From Candidatus Bathyarchaeum sp. (lineage in GTDB: Archaea; Thermoproteota; Bathyarchaeia; Bathyarchaeales; Bathyarchaeaceae): a stretch of DNA of 64,000 bases. Numbering within the stretch: the first letter of the stretch is position 1; the number at the start of each line of letters is the position of its first letter. Shown here piece after piece: positions 1 through 9,199 of this stretch. Where the stretch lies: NCBI GenBank assembly GCA_026014565.1, contig JAOZIB010000025.1:39022-103021 (forward strand). Reading direction: 5' to 3'. The notes under the pieces are model-generated. The model was not told the origin of the DNA, made no database searches, and was given only the letters and a program-made list of their open reading frames with translations. Position numbers and translations under genes: made by a program.

Positions 1-1642
1 CGTCACCGTAACAAACTGATTGGCCCCATGGATCCATATAGACGTTTGAATATGCGTTGTTGTATGGCTCAAAGGCAGTAGTTGCCCAAAGTTGGTTACC
101 AGTATCCATACTGATTGCATAATGTGTCCGGGTTTCTTTTCCAGTAACAACAAACAATTTATGTTCAATCGAGAAGGGATGAGAACCTGCAAAGTCATAG
201 TGGACTCCTTCTACAGGTACTGGCCAGTTCTTGCTAAAGATGATTTCACCTTCGTGTCCGGGTCGTAGATCAACAGCCCAGTAGTGTGGGTTCTGAACCG
301 CAGCACCTCCGGCCCATTCAGTGTTTCCACCAATCATGCGGTCTTCTGGAATTACGAGTTTACCATAACTGACCATACCAAACGATGCTGCACCTGTTAG
401 GCGGTCAATGTCAACTGGAACAGTGTATTCAACACCGTATTCAGCATCAAAAGTTGTTCCTGTTGGTCTCCAACGTCCTGCCTCATATGTTGCAGTTGCA
501 CTGTCACCATATCCAGCAAGCATCATATCATAGTATGCTGCCGTGGAGTTCCACTTGGTCAGTGTTTCAGAAGCACCATCAATGTTGTAAAGCAAGATTT
601 CTCCATTTGGACCGGGTACACGTGTTCCTCCAGGAACGTTGGTCATTGAATATTCCCATACTCCAGTAAGAGGATCAAATGCGTGCCATGTAGTGCCTTG
701 TGTTGCCCATAGGTATGCGTAGCAACCGTGGTTGTTCATTGTTGTCCAGTAGAAGACTTGTCCAAAGGCGGGTGATAATTGTAGGTCAATGTCTTCTCCT
801 AAGACTTTCTCCCACATCATTTCACCTGTTCGTACGTTTACGGCATAGGTGTACTGTAGACCTAGAACATATCTAACGCCAATGAGAGTACCTGCAATAA
901 TCATGGGGTTGCTCCATTTTCCTTCGTAGGCGTCTCCGTCTTCGAAGCTGTGCCAACCCATTTCAAGACCTCCAGCGAGTCCACCGATATCTTGGACCAT
1001 TTCCCATATGATGTGGCCAGTATCTGGACCGTCGTTACCGTCTGCATTTCGGTTGTAGTGACCTCGTTTATAGTTTCCATCAAGCCAGCTAGCTGAGACA
1101 ACATTCCATTGTCTGTTTTGTGCATCGATTGGTCTTACCCAATATTCATCGGGTAGTGGAGCATCAGGGAAGAAGTGTCGACCTCCGCCTTCAGTTACGA
1201 CTAACTCGATTTCTGGAGTGTGGCTTGCTTCCATTATTGTTCCTGCTTCAAGACCAGCAACGGCAACTTCAACTTCTTGTGAAGGGAAATTACATACGAA
1301 CTTGTATGTTCCTGCCATTGTTGGTATAAATACGGCACCACCTAATCCTGTCGTGTCTGTATTGTAGGGACCTAAGGTTTCTGTGCTGCCATCAGGTTTA
1401 GTAACGGATATTGTTATTCCAGTCCAGCCTGATTGAGGCCATGCAGTTTGACGCGTAATACCATACGACATCAAGACTTCTTGGTTGACTCCGGCTTCGT
1501 CTGGAATCAATGATAGTACTGGAAATGATGGCCAGGTGTCCTGCGCAAATGTAGTGGGTATTACTACAAGAGTAGCAGACATGGTTAAAACTATCAGGAT
1601 AGCTAGTGCTGATAGGTTCATTTTTTTATTTAAAATTTTCAT
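1..1642 (-). CDS. Secreted PQQ-like beta-propeller repeat protein (N-terminus complete, C-terminus beyond window start)
   Basis: Absent from the ORF track because it is edge-truncated. My minus-strand translation from the ATG at 1642 gives MKILNKKMNLSALAILIVLTMSATLVVIPTTFAQ (signal peptide). The frame then stays open to position 1. It carries recurring blade-like motifs (AVNVRTGEMMWEK, HAFDPLTGVWEYS, YAISMDTGNQLWAT). Confidence 0.6.
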   Translation of the reverse strand, partial: MKILNKKMNLSALAILIVLTMSATLVVIPTTFAQDTWPSFPVLSLIPDEAGVNQEVLMSYGITRQTAWPQSGWTGITISVTKPDGSTETLGPYNTDTTGLGGAVFIPTMAGTYKFVCNFPSQEVEVAVAGLEAGTIMEASHTPEIELVVTEGGGRHFFPDAPLPDEYWVRPIDAQNRQWNVVSASWLDGNYKRGHYNRNADGNDGPDTGHIIWEMVQDIGGLAGGLEMGWHSFEDGDAYEGKWSNPMIIAGTLIGVRYVLGLQYTYAVNVRTGEMMWEKVLGEDIDLQLSPAFGQVFYWTTMNNHGCYAYLWATQGTTWHAFDPLTGVWEYSMTNVPGGTRVPGPNGEILLYNIDGASETLTKWNSTAAYYDMMLAGYGDSATATYEAGRWRPTGTTFDAEYGVEYTVPVDIDRLTGAASFGMVSYGKLVIPEDRMIGGNTEWAGGAAVQNPHYWAVDLRPGHEGEIIFSKNWPVPVEGVHYDFAGSHPFSIEHKLFVVTGKETRTHYAISMDTGNQLWATTAFEPYNNAYSNVYMDPWGQSVCYGD

Positions 1643-1974
1643 TTATTCATTCCTTCAATCATTAAAATCTGTAAGTTAATATTCCCAGTATTGTTTAAAT
1701 AATTTTTCATAAGAACAATATATTAAAAAAAATATAATTAATTTTTTTTATAGTTATAATTTTTTTAAAAAAATATGAAACTTGAGTCCTTATTCAAATA
1801 CTAACTCAAGATTCTAAAGCTAATCAAAGCACATAAATAGAAAATTTCATGTATTCAATATAAACCAAAAACTTCAAGAGTTGTTGTTCAGATATCGAAC
1901 AAAATCGACGTCGAAAATTGATTTTTTGTGTACGAAAACAGTTTTCAGTTTAAAAAATGTCTTCATTTCTTGGT

Positions 1975-4284
1975 TTAATCAAGCATTTTTAGCATTATTT
2001 CAATTTTTGGCGTTTGATATCCTGACACATATTCAGAAACTGTTTCTGGACAAAAACCAAATTGACTCAAAAGGTTGGACGCCGCAGAATATAAAAGAGA
2101 CAAGTATTTTTTTGCATCTGTAGACGTTTTTTCGTCAACTAGTTCTTTGGGTTTGACTCTACGTAAATGTTGTTTGTTTTGTGCATCAGTAAAAACGTAT
2201 TTTAAGCTGTTTCCAGGGTTTACCTCAAAACCTTCTGTTAGCAGCTGGTTTCCAACTATCCTTTGGCTGATGTTTTGGGAATACTCATGGGTTTGTTTAG
2301 AAAGGCGTTTAGTAATTATCAAGTCCCATACTGGAATCTCATGATCAAGGAGTTTTTTCTTGTAGGTTTTAATTACCTTCAAGGCGTCAGGAATTTTTTT
2401 AATAAATTCTTGTGAGTTCTCGGCAGATGATAAAGTTTGTATCATATCGAGCTGGGCGTTGTAAACAAACTTTGGGGTGTCTCTTCTTCGGGCGTCGATA
2501 CCTCTGATTTTGATAGTTCCATCAGTTTTTACGCCATAGTATCGGTTTGAAACAGGAACTCGTGAATGAGTTTTGGAAGGAAGAAAAACTATCCAGTTAT
2601 ACAGTCCCGAAAAATCCAAGGGCAAATCTAACTGTTTTGTGAGTTCTTCAACCAGTTTAACGTAATCTTCAGAAGAAGCACCGTCTTTTTTTAGCCATAA
2701 CGAATCTACAATTCCATGAATTAGCTTGAATCCCTTAGTTTCTGCAATATAAGAAGCGTTCAACAAAGACTCACGTCCAAAAGCACAAACTCCCATGTGG
2801 CCGTCGACGGTTCCGAATTTGGAGTTTCGGTAACCCAGATAACCAAAACAGGTTACAAGAATCCATTTCAAAGCGGATTGGCGTTTATCATAAACTTCTC
2901 GTAAAGTTTCGTCTTGGGTTTCTTTCGCCAGTTTTTTGTATAGTAGCCTTTTATTTACGGCAAAGTCTAAGACCTGAGGAACAATTCCTTGTTTTTTTTG
3001 GCAGATATGAAAGCCTAGCTCAGGAAATCTTACATTAGATTCCGAACAGCAGCCACATAGAACAGTTTCTGCTGAAATGTTGTATTTCGCCATCAAAGAC
3101 GGATACATGGACGAGAAATCAATTTCACCCACTTGGTCATGAATCCCCAGTTTTGGTTCATAAACAAAACCACCTCGGTCACCGATTAGGAGCTGGTAGG
3201 CGGACTTGAAAGATTCTCCGACATGTTTGTTGCACGGAATCAAAAATCCGTCTCTTAAAGCTTGATAGTTTTGAAGAGAAGACATAGTAGTCCCAATAGA
3301 ACACCGCGAAGCCTTATGCAGGGGTACTCTACAACTGCGAGCGATTTCGATCAATCCGTGAAATCCACTTTCTCGGAAAACAAAGGTGTTGTTTTCATCA
3401 ACGTGTATTCTGCCATAAAGTCGTCGAGTGGGGGAACGATAATAGGTTTGACCGTAGGACATGTATGTTGTTCCTTTCTTCGGTTTAGCGACCAGAGGGG
3501 TTTTGTCTCTGCTCAAAGTGAAGCTGCTTGAAATGTCGTTAATTTCTGCTCGTTTTGCAAGATAAGGCAATATGAACGAGTCCCCACCAGTAGTAAAGAT
3601 TATGTCGGGGTCAAATTTTCGGATCAGATAAGCAGTGTGCAGTAGTTTGTATCGTTCTGTTCCTGAATCAACAACTACCTTTTTTCCATCATCAAAAGTA
3701 ACAGCTATCTCATCAATGGGCACATCAAAGGTTGAGGGCTTGTGTTTTGCTTTGGAGCTTAACTGAAGCCCAGCGAATCTAAAAGGAGGAACCGAGTAGT
3801 TTACTGCGTCCACAGAATCCAAGAGCTTGTAACGCAGTTCATATTTTTCGATGTTGATTTCCACAAAGGCAAGGGGAAACAAGTCTCGCTCATACAAGTA
3901 AAGCTGGGAAGGGGCCACATCAGAATTATGAACCTGATACCTCAGATATTTTCCAGATTCTAAGATTTTGCGGACCAGAACAGGGATTTTTTGATAATTT
4001 GTTACAGTAACTTCAAGAGCCATGGACTTAGACCAGTTTGTAGAATCTACGTGTTTGCTCACAAAACGAATGGAATCAACAGGTAACTTGGAAACTAGGC
4101 TTTGCAGTTCATTTGCTGAAGCATTTTTGCTTGAAACATAAAAACAGGGTTTGAAATTGTCAACTAATTTCATTCGTTTTCCGTTTTCACAGATTATCCA
4201 AACGTTCATCTGCCCATCGGGAGAAGGGTAGACGTCAAGTAACCAACCTCTAACGGTCTTAAGAACTGGATTCTGTTGATGCAC
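1975..4284 (-). CDS. polB: Family B DNA polymerase, divergent PolB2-like, exonuclease motifs degenerate
   Basis: 769 aa. Motif A is EIDFSSMYPS, motif B-like is KWILVTCFGYLGY, and the motif C position reads HGIVDS. The Exo I position reads FAGLQLSS and the Exo II position reads GGDSFILPYL, both without the acidic residues. The GTG start overlaps the upstream ORF by 26 nt. Confidence 0.85.
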   Translation of the reverse strand: MHQQNPVLKTVRGWLLDVYPSPDGQMNVWIICENGKRMKLVDNFKPCFYVSSKNASANELQSLVSKLPVDSIRFVSKHVDSTNWSKSMALEVTVTNYQKIPVLVRKILESGKYLRYQVHNSDVAPSQLYLYERDLFPLAFVEINIEKYELRYKLLDSVDAVNYSVPPFRFAGLQLSSKAKHKPSTFDVPIDEIAVTFDDGKKVVVDSGTERYKLLHTAYLIRKFDPDIIFTTGGDSFILPYLAKRAEINDISSSFTLSRDKTPLVAKPKKGTTYMSYGQTYYRSPTRRLYGRIHVDENNTFVFRESGFHGLIEIARSCRVPLHKASRCSIGTTMSSLQNYQALRDGFLIPCNKHVGESFKSAYQLLIGDRGGFVYEPKLGIHDQVGEIDFSSMYPSLMAKYNISAETVLCGCCSESNVRFPELGFHICQKKQGIVPQVLDFAVNKRLLYKKLAKETQDETLREVYDKRQSALKWILVTCFGYLGYRNSKFGTVDGHMGVCAFGRESLLNASYIAETKGFKLIHGIVDSLWLKKDGASSEDYVKLVEELTKQLDLPLDFSGLYNWIVFLPSKTHSRVPVSNRYYGVKTDGTIKIRGIDARRRDTPKFVYNAQLDMIQTLSSAENSQEFIKKIPDALKVIKTYKKKLLDHEIPVWDLIITKRLSKQTHEYSQNISQRIVGNQLLTEGFEVNPGNSLKYVFTDAQNKQHLRRVKPKELVDEKTSTDAKKYLSLLYSAASNLLSQFGFCPETVSEYVSGYQTPKIEIMLKMLD

Positions 4285-4519
4285 TCTTTTTGTTCAACCT
4301 GTTCAATGTTTTTTGTTGCTCGACCAAAATGCACATTACCATTGCCTCAAAAAGAACTGGACGAGTAGCGTTACTACCAGCTGAAGCGTGGTTACGACAA
4401 ACATCCATCAACTGCTCAAAAGTTTCCCGGTCATCTTTTCTTAAAGCTCGGGCAAAACCGCTCCAGCGCTGAATTTCTTTGTCTAATCTCAGACGGTAAG
4501 ATTCAACAGTTTTTCCCAC
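4259..4519 (-). CDS. 86-aa predicted helical protein of unknown function, wedged between the RecA-like gene and polB
   Basis: GTG start lies 4 nt after the RecA-like stop, and the 3' end overlaps the polB start by 26 nt. I recognise no family. Confidence 0.5.
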   Translation of the reverse strand: MGKTVESYRLRLDKEIQRWSGFARALRKDDRETFEQLMDVCRNHASAGSNATRPVLFEAMVMCILVEQQKTLNRLNKKSASTESSS

Positions 4520-4523
4520 AAGA

Positions 4524-5258
4524 TCACTTCACAAAATCAAGAAGCGTACATTTATTTGAAGACAAAAACTCTACTTTGCCTAACTGTAAAAACGGATGTT
4601 TTTCCAAGATAAAATGGGGAATTTGTCGAAATTTTTTGATTGATGCTACAACGTTTGCCGATTCAAGTAAACTTTGATTAAAAAAGGGTGCACGTTTAGA
4701 CCAAAGATACGGTTTGTGAGTTGCAACCATTATTATTTGGTTTTGTTGGGCAAAACAAGATAGATATTCGGTTACTTGTTTGAAGATTTCTTCTGATTCT
4801 TGTCTTGGGACAGCTTTGTCAAGAAACAGATAAGCAAGATTAGAAAGGATAACAACTTTTGAGTCGAATCTTTTGACGGCATTTTGAAGTTTATCAAGAA
4901 TCAAAGAAACGAGTTGGTACACAGTAAAGGCTCGTGAAACAAAGATTTTTTCCAGAACCTGTTTGGGATCAAGTTCCCATTGTTGAGCAACTTCAGTGGT
5001 TTCGTATAATCTGAAGCTGTTGGCGCCGTCTATAAATAAAATATTACTTTCTAGTCCACCCAACTGGTACGGAAGTTGTGCCTTAACACATAAAGTCGGC
5101 AACAAAGACTGAACAGCTGACGAGCCTCGAAGGACTGCAAAGTCTCCCAGGATAAATCCCGGAAACAAACTGTCAACTATTTTGTTGCCCAATGATAAGT
5201 ATAGTTTTGATTCAGATTTTTTTAGAATTTGTGCGGGGTACATGTTGTTCACTTTCAA
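4524..5258 (-). CDS. RecA/RadA/RadB-fold protein with degenerate Walker A and B motifs
   Basis: 244 aa, collinear with the RadA/RadB core (…LPYQLGGLESNILFIDGANSFR…LDPKQVLEKIFVSRAFTVYQL…). The Walker A position reads LRGSSAVQS (no GxxxxGK[ST]) and the Walker B position reads VVILSN (no Asp). Confidence 0.65.
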   Translation of the reverse strand: MKVNNMYPAQILKKSESKLYLSLGNKIVDSLFPGFILGDFAVLRGSSAVQSLLPTLCVKAQLPYQLGGLESNILFIDGANSFRLYETTEVAQQWELDPKQVLEKIFVSRAFTVYQLVSLILDKLQNAVKRFDSKVVILSNLAYLFLDKAVPRQESEEIFKQVTEYLSCFAQQNQIIMVATHKPYLWSKRAPFFNQSLLESANVVASIKKFRQIPHFILEKHPFLQLGKVEFLSSNKCTLLDFVK

Positions 5259-5291
5259 GGTGGAGACGATTACATAGCTGGAAATGGGAGT

Positions 5292-5408
5292 TTATACGTA
5301 GCCGCTATTGAGTAGAGTCTCGATTTCTGAGAACTTTTTTTGTTTGGCGAGGTTTTGGATGTGGGTCAGGCGGTTAATGACTACTTGTTTGTATTCTGAT
5401 TGTTTCAC
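5292..5408 (-). CDS. 38-aa micro-ORF (KQSEYKQVVINRLTHIQNLAKQKKFSEIETLLNSGYV)
   Basis: Below the track cutoff. GTG start is preceded by GGAGGA plus 6 nt. Start and stop overlap (GTGA) with the upstream micro-ORF. Confidence 0.35.
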   Translation of the reverse strand: MKQSEYKQVVINRLTHIQNLAKQKKFSEIETLLNSGYV

Positions 5409-5518
5409 TTTGAATCCTCCACAGATTTAATCTGCTTGTTTGAAAAACAAAATAAGGCTACGGTTCCACCGACAACAAACAGAGGGGAGACCCCAGTGAA
5501 AGTGAAAACAAAACGCAT
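5405..5518 (-). CDS. 37-aa micro-ORF with one hydrophobic helix (MRFVFTFTGVSPLFVVGGTVALFCFSNKQIKSVEDSK)
   Basis: Below the track cutoff. ATG lies 28 nt after the NUDIX stop, and the stop overlaps the next ORF's start. No clear SD. Confidence 0.25.
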   Translation of the reverse strand: MRFVFTFTGVSPLFVVGGTVALFCFSNKQIKSVEDSK

Positions 5519-5546
5519 CACATACTCAAAAGTTTCAGGATAAAAG

Positions 5547-5990
5547 CTAGTATTTTTGGAGTTGTTTAAAGTGTTTTTGGATAAACAAACGAACAGATTC
5601 TGCGAGGTCGTAGCTGTTTACTTCGGTTAAGGAAACCCATCGGGCATCTTTGGCGTCACTTGTAGGCTGGAGGATTCCCGTTTTGGGTTTAGCAAGAAAC
5701 TGAAGCAAAACATAATGATACCAAAGTTTACCTTGTTTGTCCCACTCAACAATGTCGTAAGCATCCATTGGGGTGTCTTGAATAAGTTCAATTTCTATGC
5801 AGGTTTCTTCCAAAGTTTCACGAACAACAGCAACCCGGACAGCTTCCCCCAACTCCACTGCACCCCCAGGAAAACTCCATTTCCCCAAAGAGGGCTCAAC
5901 AGCGCGTTGAACTAGCAAAACTTTACCAGAATCAACAACAACTGCTCCTACACCTACCACGGGCTGAACAGGATACTCACGCTTCAACAA
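5547..5990 (-). CDS. NUDIX hydrolase (MutT-like)
   Basis: Nudix box GGAVELGEAVRVAVVRETLEETC. Confidence 0.85.
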   Translation of the reverse strand: MLKREYPVQPVVGVGAVVVDSGKVLLVQRAVEPSLGKWSFPGGAVELGEAVRVAVVRETLEETCIEIELIQDTPMDAYDIVEWDKQGKLWYHYVLLQFLAKPKTGILQPTSDAKDARWVSLTEVNSYDLAESVRLFIQKHFKQLQKY

Positions 5991-6231
5991 TAAACACCTG
6001 CTAGTATCAAAGTGATTTACGAGGATATGAGTTTACCTAAAAAATAAAATAAGAAAAAAAATATGCACTATTTTGAATAAAATATATTTTACTTTTATAT
6101 GAAGATAAAAATATGTTACATATTTAATTAAAATCTAAACATAAGAAATATAAGTAGCCCCAAGTAACGCCAAGAAAACCAAAAAAACATGCTTTTGGGA
6201 TGCGATAGCTTCTTTCTATCTTTGTTTCAGC

Positions 6232-7578
6232 TTGTTTTTGTTTGGAGACTTTCATTCAATGGAAAAATTCGTAAAACTTAGCACATATCAAAAATCCATC
6301 GCAAAAAAAGTAAGCAAATACACCACAGAGGGCAACTGGAAAGATTACACTTGGCAGTTGAAGCATTCAATAAAGGATGTAGTTACTTTTGAAAAATTAA
6401 CAGGAATAACTTTCACAGAAAAAGAGCGTCAAGAATTTGAAAAAATTGTCAGCAAATTCCCCATAAGCATCACCCCATATTATGCATCATTAATCGATAA
6501 AGAAAACTACCAAAACGATCCCATATTCAAGCAATCATTTCCGAATCCACAAGAATTGAATGTTTCCAGATATGACATGTCAGACCCCTTACACGAAGAC
6601 AAAGACAGCCCAGTAGAAGGAATCACACATCGCTACCCAGATAGAGTACTGTTTTTGGTCAGCAACCGGTGTTCCATGTATTGTAGGCATTGCACACGAA
6701 AACGAAAAGTTGGAGATTCCGACCACATTCCTTCCAAAGAACAAATCCTCAAAGGAATAAAATACATCAAAAACAATCGTCAGGTCCGAGATGTTTTGCT
6801 TTCAGGAGGCGACCCCCTGATGTTGCCGGATGAGTATCTTGATTGGATTTTAACAGAACTACGAAAGATTTCTCATGTTGAAATAATTCGAATCGGTTCA
6901 AGGATGCCCGTTGTTCTTCCGTATAGAATAACCAACGCCCTTGTGAAAATGCTAAAGAAACATCATCCAATATGGTTGAACACTCATTTTAATCACCCTC
7001 GAGAACTAACTCAATCAGCCCGTCAAGCTCTTTGTAGATTAGCAGATGCAGGAATTCCCTTAGGAAACCAATCCGTATTACTTGCCGGAGTCAACGACTG
7101 CCCCCGAATTATGAAAAAGCTTAACCAAAAACTGGTGCAAAACAGGGTAAGACCTTACTACTTGTTCCAATGTGACCTTTCAGAAGGACTGTCTCATTTT
7201 CGAACCCCTATCGGCAAAGGCATAGAAATTGTTGAAAGTCTTGTGGGACACACTTCAGGTCTTGCAGTTCCGACCTATGTTGTTGATGCCCCAGGAGGGG
7301 GCGGTAAAATTCCAATTATGCCGAATTATCTGATTTCGTATTCCACAAACAAGGTTGTGTTGAGAAATTACGAGGGAATCATAACCACGTATCACGAGCC
7401 AGACAGTTATGAACCTATTTTTTGTGACCGAAACTGTGACGATTGTATTTTGTTGTTAAAATTGGATGAGGCGGATGAAACAAAAGCCATAGGAATAGAG
7501 AAACTGTTGACCGATGCAGACAGCGAGACAACCTTGATTCCTAATGGGAACCCAAGATTAGAACGAAGAAACCAATAG
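6232..7578 (+). CDS. ablA: Lysine 2,3-aminomutase (radical SAM, KamA/AblA)
   Basis: Radical-SAM motif [14 protein letters not shown], then [10 protein letters not shown] and the C-terminal KamA-like region. The true start is probably the internal ATG (MEKFVKL, near 6259). Confidence 0.9.
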   Translation: MFLFGDFHSMEKFVKLSTYQKSIAKKVSKYTTEGNWKDYTWQLKHSIKDVVTFEKLTGITFTEKERQEFEKIVSKFPISITPYYASLIDKENYQNDPIFKQSFPNPQELNVSRYDMSDPLHEDKDSPVEGITHRYPDRVLFLVSNRCSMYCRHCTRKRKVGDSDHIPSKEQILKGIKYIKNNRQVRDVLLSGGDPLMLPDEYLDWILTELRKISHVEIIRIGSRMPVVLPYRITNALVKMLKKHHPIWLNTHFNHPRELTQSARQALCRLADAGIPLGNQSVLLAGVNDCPRIMKKLNQKLVQNRVRPYYLFQCDLSEGLSHFRTPIGKGIEIVESLVGHTSGLAVPTYVVDAPGGGGKIPIMPNYLISYSTNKVVLRNYEGIITTYHEPDSYEPIFCDRNCDDCILLLKLDEADETKAIGIEKLLTDADSETTLIPNGNPRLERRNQ

Positions 7579-7590
7579 ACAAGTTTACAA

Positions 7591-8133
7591 GTGGGTAATA
7601 TGGCAAAAGAACAAAATGACTTGAACGTTAAGATTCGAAAAGTCAAAGTTGAAGACATAAAAGAAGTTTACAGGTTACTTGTAGAAAATAGACCATATGT
7701 AGGTCTGAATTCACGCTACACTTATTTTCTTTTAGCAAGGGATTTTTCAGACACCTGTGTAGTAGCTGAGCACAAGGGTAAGATAATCGGTTTTTCTTCA
7801 GGTTATGTTTCGCCAGCTAGAAATGATACTTTTTTTAATTGGGAAAGTGTTGTCCACAAAGATTACCGAGGGAATAGCTTACAAAAACAGATGCTCTTAC
7901 ATCAAATTAAAAATGCTAATGTAGAGTATTTTGAGGGCACAGTTAACCCCTCCAATAAAGTTTCGGAAAAAAATTTTTTTGAACTTGCAGAATTGTTGAA
8001 TGCCAAATGTCACAAAAGAGTGTTGTTCAAGGAAGAAGACTTTGAGAACGACGGACATGAAACAGAAACGTTATGCAGAATCGGACCAATACCGCAAAAC
8101 TGTAGAGTTAGTGCGATAATCAAGGGTTTATAA
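7591..8133 (+). CDS. GNAT acetyltransferase, EctA/AblB-like (putative beta-lysine N-acetyltransferase)
   Basis: Pattern LNSRYTYFLLARDFSDTCVVAEHKGKIIGFSSGYVSP…TFFNWESVV…RG resembles diaminobutyrate acetyltransferase EctA. It starts 13 nt after ablA. Confidence 0.7.
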   Translation: MGNMAKEQNDLNVKIRKVKVEDIKEVYRLLVENRPYVGLNSRYTYFLLARDFSDTCVVAEHKGKIIGFSSGYVSPARNDTFFNWESVVHKDYRGNSLQKQMLLHQIKNANVEYFEGTVNPSNKVSEKNFFELAELLNAKCHKRVLFKEEDFENDGHETETLCRIGPIPQNCRVSAIIKGL

Positions 8134-8287
8134 GGGGTGCTGAGAACCAAGAACATAGGTTCACACAGCAGTTTCGTTAACATTTAGTTTTGTTTTTGTG
8201 ACTGTGTATAGATTGTAAGATTTTTCTTACCGTCTTTTTCGTGTTTCCTCAAAAATAATGGTTTACTAAAAATATGGAGGTGAAGTT

Positions 8288-8479
8288 ATGCCATCACACG
8301 GTTCGTTATCTAAAGCAGGCAAAGTAAGAGCAATTACACCAAAAGTCGAAGGAAAAGAAAGACACAGCAGCGGCCCAAGAGTTACAAATAGCGGTAACTA
8401 CCATAAAAGAGTTGAATTAGACCGCGGAGTAGGACAATACAAACCCGGACAACGACGACGCAGACGCCGCAGAAGGTAA
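8288..8479 (+). CDS. rps30e: Ribosomal protein eS30 with C-terminal octa-arginine tail
   Basis: MPSHGSLSKAGKVRAITPKV matches the eS30 N-terminus. A GGAGGTGA SD lies 4 nt upstream. The protein ends QRRRRRRRR. Confidence 0.8.
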   Translation: MPSHGSLSKAGKVRAITPKVEGKERHSSGPRVTNSGNYHKRVELDRGVGQYKPGQRRRRRRRR

Positions 8480-8593
8480 CTTAGATTAGCACATTTTTTA
8501 GGACCTCATGCATTGTTGAGGTTCAAAAGATTTTTTATTAAATTTTTTACGTTAGCAAATAATATCGTAAAGTTCAATAAATGTTTATAAAAT

Positions 8594-8740
8594 GTGTTAA
8601 GAGAATTTTATAGAATTGTTAGCATTCCAGAAAGTGTTATTGTAAGTCACGGTACAAGTGGAATAAAAAAGTGGTTCTTAGGAAGCGTAAGCAACAAAGT
8701 AGCGGACCAAGCACCTTGCCCAGTACTCTTAAAGAAATAG
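8594..8740 (+). pseudogene. Universal stress protein (UspA) C-terminal remnant
   Basis: My translation gives …VIVSHGTSGIKKWFLGSVSNKVADQAPCPVLLKK. This matches only the last ~45 residues of USP (…G..G…LGSV…V…A.CPVL). No N-terminal part is present. Confidence 0.4.
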
Positions 8741-8742
8741 AA

Positions 8743-9199
8743 ATAAAAAAATCAAAAGTAATTTTAGACCATTTTGACTTGAAATCTCAATCTTTTGAAA
8801 AAGAGTTAGTTGTTTTTTATTACACTGAAGACAAAAAAAATAGTTACAGAACTGAAACAAAAAATTAAACAATACAAAGTAAAAGTAGTTCATACAAAAA
8901 ATCAATTTTTAGACATAATACCCAAAAAAGCAGGCAAAGGCAATGCTGCAAAGTATCTTGGATCAAAAATGAGTTTACCCATAATTTGTTGTGGAGACTC
9001 AGAAAATGATGAAGATATGCTAATAAAAAGTGATTATGCAGTCCTTGTTAAAAATTCATCCGATGACTTGAAAAAAAAGTTGGAGAAGATTCTGCATATT
9101 CATCGAGCAAATTATTGTTATGCAAAAGGAGTTTTGGAGGGATTAATGCACAAAGGCATCATCCCGCTGAAAGACAAAAAAAGAACTACAGAAAATTAG
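8743..9199 (+). pseudogene. HAD-IIB (sucrose-phosphate-phosphatase-like) hydrolase remnant, frameshifted and N-terminally truncated
   Basis: The C-terminal HAD motifs are present (LDIIPKKAGKGNAAKYL, CCGDSENDEDML). The preceding cap-like segment (QSFEKELVVFYYTEDKK) sits in another frame, with the shift at the A8 run at 8833-8840. No DxD nucleophile motif is present upstream. Confidence 0.5.

Noticed and set aside
1896-1916. 10-bp palindrome TCGACGTCGA followed by TTTTGTT on the minus strand, 60 nt after the polB stop, considered as a terminator.
   Set aside because: It is plausible, but archaeal termination depends mainly on oligo-T, and the region has many T-runs. It is not specific enough to list as a feature.
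8671-8868. 65-aa track ORF MVLRKRKQQSSGPS…
   Set aside because: It is a chimeric reading across the USP remnant (wrong frame) and the HAD-remnant cap segment. It is explained by the two pseudogene calls.
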